The position numbers and the translations under genes are program-made. From Candidatus Obscuribacterales bacterium (GTDB lineage: Bacteria > Cyanobacteriota > Vampirovibrionia > Obscuribacterales > Obscuribacteraceae), in contig CBDDIJ010000003.1 of the NCBI GenBank assembly GCA_965228855.1, forward strand, positions 2,400,001 through 2,464,000: a stretch of DNA of 64,000 nucleotides, written 5' to 3'. Shown here one piece after another: positions 1 through 7,700 of the stretch. The notes under the pieces are model-generated. The model searched no databases, was not told where the DNA came from, and saw nothing but the letters and a program-made list of their open reading frames with translations. Every line of letters starts with the position of its first letter. Position 1 is the stretch's first letter.

Positions 1-403
1 CGTCGCACGCGGTTCGAAGACGCACGGCGGCATGAAAGCCGGTTTGGAACTAATGACAGCCAGCGAAAGAAACCAATCGATACTATTCAATGTAGACGGT
101 CCCAAAGGTCCGCGCCACGTCGTCAAGGATTACATCATCCGAGTCGCCGAGATGAGCAAACTGCCGATTATTCCAGTAGTCTGCGATGCACGCAGCAACG
201 AGCGCATCAAATCATGGGACAGATACCTCGTGCCCTGCCTGGGCAGTCGCATGGTTTACATCTTTGGCGAACCAATCGAAATTGGCTCCAACCTGAGCGA
301 CGAAGAAAAGGAGGCGAAACGACAGTTGCTGTCTGACCGTCTCAAGGAAATCAACGACAGACTACCTCAGTACTGGGAATTGATGGCACGCACCTCGGCT
401 TGA
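1..403 (+). CDS. DUF374 / lysophospholipid acyltransferase-family protein, 5'-truncated by the window edge
   Basis: VDGPKGPRHVVK and SWDRYLVP...YIFGEPI motifs; frame open to the window start (RRTRFEDARR precedes the tracked Met). Confidence 0.75.
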   Translation, partial: VARGSKTHGGMKAGLELMTASERNQSILFNVDGPKGPRHVVKDYIIRVAEMSKLPIIPVVCDARSNERIKSWDRYLVPCLGSRMVYIFGEPIEIGSNLSDEEKEAKRQLLSDRLKEINDRLPQYWELMARTSA

Positions 404-462
404 GACGAAAACCGACCGACAAGCTTACAGGAGTCATTCTTAGATACTGATCAGAAAACAAA

Positions 463-508
463 AACAGGTCTCCGGCTCGAAAGAGTCAGAAGACCTGTTC
501 AATTTTTT
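463..508. terminator. Probable bidirectional intrinsic terminator between convergent genes
   Basis: AACAGGTCT(463-471)...CTC-GAAA-GAG...AGACCTGTT(491-499), with an A-run before and a T-run after. Confidence 0.7.
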
Positions 509-523
509 CTGAATGGTCAGTGT

Positions 524-748
524 CTACGGTTTTTGAAGTTCCGGTTTCCACTCGTCCAGAATTGCGCCTTCGATTGGGCAAGCAGAGAGGCAAGCTCCAC
601 AGTCGATGCATGTTGCGTCATCGATATATGTGTAAGCAGTGCTCTTTGCGTTGGTTTTACCATCAGCCCAGTGAATGCACTCAACAGGACAAACTGGAAT
701 ACAGTCGCCTATCCCCTCGCAGACATCAGCCACGATTGTGTATGCCAT
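524..748 (-). CDS. Dicluster ferredoxin, probably [3Fe-4S][4Fe-4S], cyanobacterial type
   Basis: CEGIGDCIPVCP (one Cys missing) plus canonical CIDCGACLSACP; SD GAGGAG upstream. Confidence 0.9.
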   Translation of the reverse strand: MAYTIVADVCEGIGDCIPVCPVECIHWADGKTNAKSTAYTYIDDATCIDCGACLSACPIEGAILDEWKPELQKP

Positions 749-774
749 TGCAGTAACTCCTCATTAGCTTCCAT

Positions 775-1016
775 TAGTAATTGTGTGTCCACTCTGCAAA
801 GTATGCAAGAGCTTTCCACGATTAATTGGAATGTGTACAAGCACGTTCAATTGAAAACAGTCTAGCGCAAATCTTATACCCGGCAAGCAATTCTGAATAA
901 TGCGATTTCGACTCTTTCTTAATCTGAAATCTCAGAACCGATGCAAAGAGGGGACAATATACGGAACCGCTGGCCGGAAGGCGCCAACGGACGGATCAGA
1001 AAGGTTTCAATTCACC
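775..1016 (-). pseudogene. Decayed tandem copy (ghost) of the ferredoxin gene
   Basis: Collinear anchors TCCACTC 547/788, CAAGCA 579/838, ACAGTC 599/857, ATGCA 675/941, GGACAA 687/952. Confidence 0.5.
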
Positions 1017-1048
1017 CGAAACCGAGATGTGGAGAGCAACAAAGGGAT

Positions 1049-1336
1049 ATGAGCGACGTCAAAGTTAATGTTTACACTTCGGCTGGAGCCCACGTGGGCT
1101 ACTTCTTGAACCCGCACGTGCAGGCATTTCCGGAGGGCGACTATGAGCTTTCTGGCGAGTTTTTCGATGAGAACGGTGACCGTATCCAGAAGCTCGATTT
1201 CAATCCCCAGGCGCTGCCGTATGTAGCCGATCTCAGCGCTATTAACGGTTTGGCCCATACAAAGATTGAAAACGTCTACGTCCAACGCGGCAGGCAACCC
1301 GTTCGCATGAGCGGCAACGCCGGAATTCCTCAGTAA
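1049..1336 (+). CDS. Hypothetical protein (95 aa)
   Basis: ATG at 1049 after a purine-rich SD-like stretch; globular-looking sequence MSDVKVNVYTSAG... Confidence 0.75.
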   Translation: MSDVKVNVYTSAGAHVGYFLNPHVQAFPEGDYELSGEFFDENGDRIQKLDFNPQALPYVADLSAINGLAHTKIENVYVQRGRQPVRMSGNAGIPQ

Positions 1337-1680
1337 CAAAACTTTCAAAGTTTATTGCTTGAAACCGCTGCAATCTGTGGCGGAGCTAAATTGGCAGCCT
1401 CCTTGCAACAACAAATTCTCAGACTCACAGATTTTCAGGAACTCGTGAAAAGTTAAGGCAGCCCTTTGGGGGCTGCCTCTAGTAACTTCCTCGTTTGTGT
1501 TTGGGAAGGCTACTCACCGAAGTTGGGGGCTGGTGAGGGGGATAGGTGCAGACTAAACCCAAACGAGGTATTTAAATCGGGTCTTGCTGGCGCTTCATCC
1601 ATATATTGCTGTTATAGCAGCTGGAAAAGTGTGAGATTTATAAGTTAGACCATAATTCATTATGGGAATTCCTATGTTAC
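1337..1680 (+). pseudogene. Decayed tandem copy of the 1049-1336 gene, interrupted by a structured element
   Basis: TCAAAGTT 1059/1345; PYVADLSA (1217-1240) vs PYIAVIAA (1599-1622); GGAATTCCT 1322/1665. Confidence 0.6.
1447..1604 (-). ncRNA. Candidate structured small RNA with terminator
   Basis: Stem CCTCGTTTG(1489-1497)/CAAACGAGG(1560-1568), inner stem CTCACC/GGTGAG, hairpin AGGCAGCCC/GGGCTGCCT(1456-1478) followed on the minus strand by TAACTTTT; minus-strand TGcTATAAC at 1611-1619. Confidence 0.45.
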
Positions 1681-1751
1681 CGGCGCTGAAAAATGCCGAT
1701 AATTCCAGGGTAAGACCGCGGAAACCCGCAGCAGGACCGAGATAACAAAAT

Positions 1752-3035
1752 ATGGAATCCGAATCGAGCACAGCTTCTCAAGAGAATCACACGGAGCATC
1801 AGAGAGAACGGATAGTTCTCCTGGTCGAGCCGAAGGAAGATGACCGCAGGAAGTGCGCTGACGCCATAATCTCGCAGTCACCACTGTACGACGTCGAGTC
1901 TGTGACCACCGGCGAGGAGGCGATTGCGAAATTCGAGAAGAAAAATTTCGACGTAGTGGTTATGAGCTACGACTTACCGGACATGACAGGCGATGAGCTG
2001 ACACGCAAGCTCACTTCATTGAATCCCACCTGCCCGATAGTCGCGATGACCGTGATTGACAGTCCGGAACTTGCTTTGAAAACATTGAAATCAGGCGCCA
2101 TGGATTATCTTCCGAAGCTGGGCGAGTATCAAAAGTTTTTGCCGAGAACCATCACAACGAATTTGCAACGGTCGATGTTGCTAGAGAATTTGCGCGAGAT
2201 GTATACGAGAGTGGAACAGGCGTCGCGTGACGAAGCGCTTCTCAACAGGCTTATCGTAAGTATTCACAGCTCGCTCGATCTGTCAGACACAATCGAGCGT
2301 GCCACCAGAAATCTGTTGGAAGAGTTACAGGTATCACGCGTCATCACCGTTCTCGCCGAAGATCCGGAAAGCAAGATGCGCATCCGACGCCAGATGACGC
2401 ACCCTCGGGTAACTCCAATTTCAGATCGGAGCGCGTTGTTCGACCGTTATCACGATCTCCTTCTCGATATCGGCGAGCGTCGCCCCCTCGTCGTAATGCA
2501 GGATGATACATTCGCATTCGCTCAGGATGTGCGTTCCGAAATGGTCGGTTATCAGATTCAGTCGATGATTATGGTGCCCTTGGTCTACCGAGGAAAGTTG
2601 ATGGGCCTGCTGCATCTCGATCAAACCAATTTCACACGACTCTGGACGGTCAGCGAAATCAATCTGCTCATGCGCATCGCCAATCAATTTGCCATCGCGT
2701 TGAGCCAGGCAAAACTGTATCAAATAGTCGAAGCGCAAAGCACAAGCATCAATAAACTTACAGACCTTTGTTCGCAACTCAATGATGTGGTTAAGGGAAC
2801 CAAGGAACTGACCGAGCGCACAGAGAGTCGAGAACGCGTCCGCGTAAAATTGAGCAGCCGAGAGTTAGAAGTCCTGAAAAAAGTTGCGCAAGGTCTTTCA
2901 AATAAAGAAATTGCCGAGGAACTTCATATCACTGAAGGTACTACCGAAGTACACGTGTCCAGATTGAGAAAGAAGTTGGCCCTGACCAGCCGAGCGGCGT
3001 TGGTTAGATACGCATACGAAAATCACATTTCTTGA
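1752..3035 (+). CDS. REC-GAF-LuxR(HTH) transcriptional regulator with an atypical receiver domain
   Basis: N-terminal receiver fold; central GAF (SMIMVPLVYRGKLMGLLHLDQ...W...EINLL..IANQ); C-terminal LSSRELEVLKKVAQGLSNKEIAEELHITEGTTEVHVSRLRKKL. Confidence 0.9.
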   Translation: MESESSTASQENHTEHQRERIVLLVEPKEDDRRKCADAIISQSPLYDVESVTTGEEAIAKFEKKNFDVVVMSYDLPDMTGDELTRKLTSLNPTCPIVAMTVIDSPELALKTLKSGAMDYLPKLGEYQKFLPRTITTNLQRSMLLENLREMYTRVEQASRDEALLNRLIVSIHSSLDLSDTIERATRNLLEELQVSRVITVLAEDPESKMRIRRQMTHPRVTPISDRSALFDRYHDLLLDIGERRPLVVMQDDTFAFAQDVRSEMVGYQIQSMIMVPLVYRGKLMGLLHLDQTNFTRLWTVSEINLLMRIANQFAIALSQAKLYQIVEAQSTSINKLTDLCSQLNDVVKGTKELTERTESRERVRVKLSSRELEVLKKVAQGLSNKEIAEELHITEGTTEVHVSRLRKKLALTSRAALVRYAYENHIS

Positions 3036-3098
3036 ACTGATCAATTGCGAACTGTTTTGGTCGTATGATGGAAGTGTGGAAAATAATTCGAGGACGAA

Positions 3099-3674
3099 AT
3101 GAGTCAAAAGAAGGAAGACGACCTCAAGGTCATTTTCGAAGCGCTGGCATTTGCATCGAAAATGCACAGCTCGCAGCGCAGAAAGGATAACAGAGACACG
3201 CCTTATATCAATCATCCTATTGATGTCGCTAGATTGTTAATCACCGAAGGTGGTATCACTGATTCCAGCGTCATAGCAGCCGCTATTTTGCATGACACCA
3301 TAGAGGATACTGAAGCGACGGTCGAAGACATAGAGGCACAGTTCGGAAAAAAGATTCTCTCTTTCGTGCTGGAGTGCACTGACGACAAGTCTTTACCGAA
3401 GGCGGAGCGTAAACGCCTGCAGGTTGTGAACGGACCGCACAAATCGCCGGAGGCAAAATGTATAAAGCTCTGCGACAAAATCAGCAACGTCCGCGACATC
3501 GGTGAATACCCACCTGTGTTGTGGTCGAAGCAACGATTAATTGAGTATCTGGATTGGACTCAAGAAGTCGTTAACGGGCTGCGCGGCGTAAATAAACCCC
3601 TCGAAGATCTCTACGATAAAGCTGTGGAAAAATCGAGAGAGAAAGTGGAGTCTATGACCGGACAATCGAAATAA
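3099..3674 (+). CDS. HD-domain small alarmone hydrolase (Mesh1/SpoT-HD-like (p)ppGpp pyrophosphohydrolase)
   Basis: HSSQRRKD..TPYINHP, AAILHDTIEDT, ECTDDKSL, IKLCDKISN motifs. Confidence 0.9.
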   Translation: MSQKKEDDLKVIFEALAFASKMHSSQRRKDNRDTPYINHPIDVARLLITEGGITDSSVIAAAILHDTIEDTEATVEDIEAQFGKKILSFVLECTDDKSLPKAERKRLQVVNGPHKSPEAKCIKLCDKISNVRDIGEYPPVLWSKQRLIEYLDWTQEVVNGLRGVNKPLEDLYDKAVEKSREKVESMTGQSK

Positions 3675-3690
3675 ACGCTTGCATCAATAG

Positions 3691-4659
3691 TTAGCGTTTA
3701 ACCGATCGAATCAGGAACCAAGATGACTTCTTGAGTTCGTTAACATTATCATTCGGCGTCGGTTTCATAATGGTGGCAGGAATTTTAACAACTTCCGGCT
3801 CTTTGTAGTCGACCTTACGTTGATACTGGTACCAGACATCGCCGTCGCGCAGACGCAGAGCCATTGTCAAAAGCGACTTGTAGTCCGGGTCGTCGGGACA
3901 CTTCGCTACAAGTTGATTGAGAAAGGATATGGAGTTTGCAAGCGTGCCAAATTCCAGCTCTCTCACCAACTTTGCAAGAAGCGCTTCCTCTCCGGCGGAT
4001 TTTGTTTGAGACGTCGGTGAAGGTGGTTGGACGGGTGGTTGCGACAGCGCGCGCGGAGGCGCAGTTTGAATCTCGCTCGTGACTTTTGAACCGCGTACCT
4101 TTTTCTTTTTCGCGATTTTCACTTTGCTCTGCTTCGTTTTCTCCGCGGCATCCTCGGCAGACTGCTCATCGGCTACTGGCGATTGATTTGAAAGATTCTG
4201 CTGGTGAGTCTGACTTTCATCCGAGTGACGTTCTATTCTTGTCGGAGCTTCTTCAATTTGCCGAATCGGCTGCTGAAGGTCGGAGGGCGATTCTTGCTGG
4301 TAGTTTGGCGTCGACAGGTTGTTTGGAACTGTTTCATCTACAGCAGGTTCTTGCAGCTCTTCCGAATTAGACGCGCCAGGACTCTCTTCGCCCTGCGCTT
4401 CAGCCGGGGTCTCGTCCTCAAAATCGCGATGACTCCGCGAACCTGGCTCCATCTCCAGAATCCCCGATGATTGCTGGCTTATCAGGTGCTCTCCGGTTAC
4501 ATTTTTAACCTGGATCGTTTCTAATCTGATCCGGGAACTCGCATGCTCTAAAAGCAGTCCAGTAGATAAGTCTCGGCTATTCGCCGCACATGTCCAACTG
4601 TTTGAGACGCTCAGAGATAGAGCAAGTAGTAAGAAGAATTGTTGCTTGGGATGGCGCAT
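3691..4659 (-). CDS. Hypothetical exported protein with a long low-complexity linker and a helical C-terminus
   Basis: Long ORF; signal-peptide-like start MRHPKQQFFLLLALSLSVS at 4659. Confidence 0.6.
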   Translation of the reverse strand: MRHPKQQFFLLLALSLSVSNSWTCAANSRDLSTGLLLEHASSRIRLETIQVKNVTGEHLISQQSSGILEMEPGSRSHRDFEDETPAEAQGEESPGASNSEELQEPAVDETVPNNLSTPNYQQESPSDLQQPIRQIEEAPTRIERHSDESQTHQQNLSNQSPVADEQSAEDAAEKTKQSKVKIAKKKKVRGSKVTSEIQTAPPRALSQPPVQPPSPTSQTKSAGEEALLAKLVRELEFGTLANSISFLNQLVAKCPDDPDYKSLLTMALRLRDGDVWYQYQRKVDYKEPEVVKIPATIMKPTPNDNVNELKKSSWFLIRSVKR

Positions 4660-4733
4660 GAGGAAAATAAAACACTCATTCGAAAGAGTCTCTAGCTTAT
4701 CATGACCTGAGGTGCAAGAGCTCCGGCTAGAAA

Positions 4734-7700
4734 ATGCAGAGTGGAACACAAGAGATCTCAACGCCAGAACAGACGGTCGCACCCCGTCCGGCTTTATACA
4801 TCTTGCGTTTCCTGGTTTCCTGGCTGGTCAGCCTCGTTGTTGTTCTTGCAGTAACGCTGCTGAGCGATGTTAATTGGTCGCGCCCGTATCTGGAACAGAG
4901 ACTCAGCGATGCCCTCGAGAGACAGGTTCGATTAGGGAAAGTGACCTGGGCGCTCGGATTGAATGGCATATCCGTCGAGACCAAGAATCTACAAATCAAT
5001 GAGATCACCGGTGAGCCTTTCCTCTCGGCAGCAGAAAGCGAGATTGGAGTTTCGGTTTTAGCCCTGCTCGAGCATAAAATCGTAGTTACTTTCGTGCGAG
5101 CAGATAAAGCTAACATCCGGCTGGTGAAGACCAGCTCCGACAAGTGGAATTTCGACGATCTGTTGAAACCGGGTCCTGAGATCAGGCTGCTTCAACTCAC
5201 AAGCGCCAAGCTCGGTTTGTTCGACGAGTCGGCAGATAGCAAAACACATCTGGCACCAATCAATCTCGAAAAGGTAGAGCTCAAGCTCAACTTCCCGCAT
5301 AAAAACCGAAAGCGCCCGTTCTTCCTATCCTTCTCTTTGCCGTCGAAAGGCTATTCTACGACATTTGAACTCGAAGGCCTTGGTGTCGGAGAGCTGGAGA
5401 AGTGGCAAAGCAATCAATACTCGTTTAAAGCTGATGCGAAGCGCGTCAATCCAAGAGATGTCGAACGACTGATGAAATTCATCACTGTTCCCACCACCAT
5501 CGATAAGGACGGGAAGAAGGTTATCGCATCCGCTGGTGAGGAAAGGAAACGGCTGGCAGCCATGAGTGGAGACGCGGGGAAACAGGCGCTCATGGCAGGA
5601 GAGCGTAACAGCCAGCTTTCCGGAACGGCTCACAAGCCTGCCACTAAATCTGGTGCAAAGTCAAAATCAGCGAACAAGATTTCCGCTGGAAAAAACAGTT
5701 CAAAATCGATGCCAGCGTCGAAAACCCGTCAGAGCAAAGAAACAGTAAGCCCAGAATCGAAAAACGTCAGCACTACAATTGAAACGGTAGATGGACAGGT
5801 CGTTTCCGTAGATCCAAAGCAAAAACAGCTGCTGGCAAATCAAGCAGCAGAGGGTTTAATCGAGCTGGTAAAGCCGATAAAGGGACTCTTTGACTTTGCC
5901 CTGCAGGGAGACGGCACTTTTGACAAAGGCATCAAAGCAACCTTCGATACTGAAGCAGACAATGTCCTGGTGGACCATCCGACCGTCGGCGTCATCAATG
6001 CCGGCAAAACCGTAGCCGCGGTGACCGCGAGCCTGAGCAAGGACGCTCTCTCGTGGCAGGACCTGAAACTAAAAATGCACGGACTCGAAATTCATTCATC
6101 AGGCGAGGTTTCGCACTGGCAGGAGAAAGAACCGGGAATCAAAGCAAATTTAAATGGAGTGGTCCCCGATATCGGCGTCCTGCAAGACATCCTGGTGCCC
6201 AAAACAGACAACGCGCCAAGCCGCGGACTGAGCAACCTGGCGCGGGATCTGAAACCAGCTCGATTGAGTGGGCGTGCGGATATTGCAATCAAAATTGATG
6301 GCACCACGCGCAGTACTAATATGACTACTTCCGTGAAAACGTATGACTTAGCCATCAAGGAGATGTTGAGTAAGGCTAATCAGCATTTTCCGATTCTCTG
6401 CGCGGTCGGTCTGAGCAGCCAGGCCAAGATCCAGACTGACTTGAAAGTCGAAAACGCCGACCGCATCGATATTATCAACGGTAAGCTCATCGGACCCGGC
6501 ACGAATTTAAACGCATCTGGCTGGATCGACCTGAAGACAAACAAGAGCAAGCTTGTCGTCAACGGAGACCGCATTCAATTGCGCGATACCGCACTCGGTA
6601 TCACTACAAACGAAGCCGCCTACAAGCAGATTATGGGCAGCCTCAGGCTGCCTGGCAAAAATAGCTTCACGCTGGACGGTACAGCCAACGCCAATGCGAC
6701 GCTCACGGCGGACGGCGACCGTTATTTAATCGATGGGAAGCTCAAGCTCAACGATGCAGCTTTTGCGCTCAAAGATAACTCGCTGAAGTTGAATCACGTC
6801 AACGGCAACGTTTTATTCACGCAAAATAATTCGGCCGGTCATATGACTCTATCAGGATTCACCGGACAGATGGGAGATGGTCATTTCCAGATGGATGGCA
6901 AGCTCTCTCTGGCGCACACCCCGGTGCTCGATACCACCATCCACGCTACCAGGTTCGACCTGAAGCACCTGGCTACTTTGATGAAGATTTTTCAGATCCA
7001 GATTCCCGTGTTGACCGAACATCAGTTATACGGGCGAGTAAAAGATGTCGTTCTCAAAGTTAGCGGCACGGCATTCAATCCCAAAATTTTCTTCAGTGCG
7101 GTACCTGACGACCTCTATTATCAACCACCCGGTCTCGCAAAGCCTCTCAGAGCCAAGGCCGGTGTTATCGTCTATGACAACGATCAACTTATTCTAAGAG
7201 AAGTTGCTCTGGTCACGAACAACAAAACAATCGTAACCAGTTTGACTATGGACAGAGTCTCAAAAGACGCCAGCCTCAGTAGAGTCAAAATGAAGACGGA
7301 CAGCATTGAACTGGCCGATTTAAACTATTATCTCTCGTCCACAGCGATGCCTCCCCCATTGCGAAAGGCTTATCACGACTTCCTGGCGCAGTACAAAATC
7401 TCAGGTATGCACGGCAGATCATACGGCGATATCCTCTGTTTGATTAGCCCGAAAGGCGATGTGACATTCGACGGTCTTGTCGGACTTTATAAAGCCGGTG
7501 CCACCGTATCTGGTTTTCCCCTCACGAAGCTGGAAGGAATATTCGCAGCTTCAGGAGACCAACTTCTGCTCCAGGATGTAAGCGGTTTTCTGCGAGGAAG
7601 TAAGTTCTCTTTAGATGGTTATATCGACAAATATAAGAGTAAGAACCCGACGTGGCGCGCAGAGGTCGCGGCTACATTAGCGCCTCGCGAATTGCTGGAA

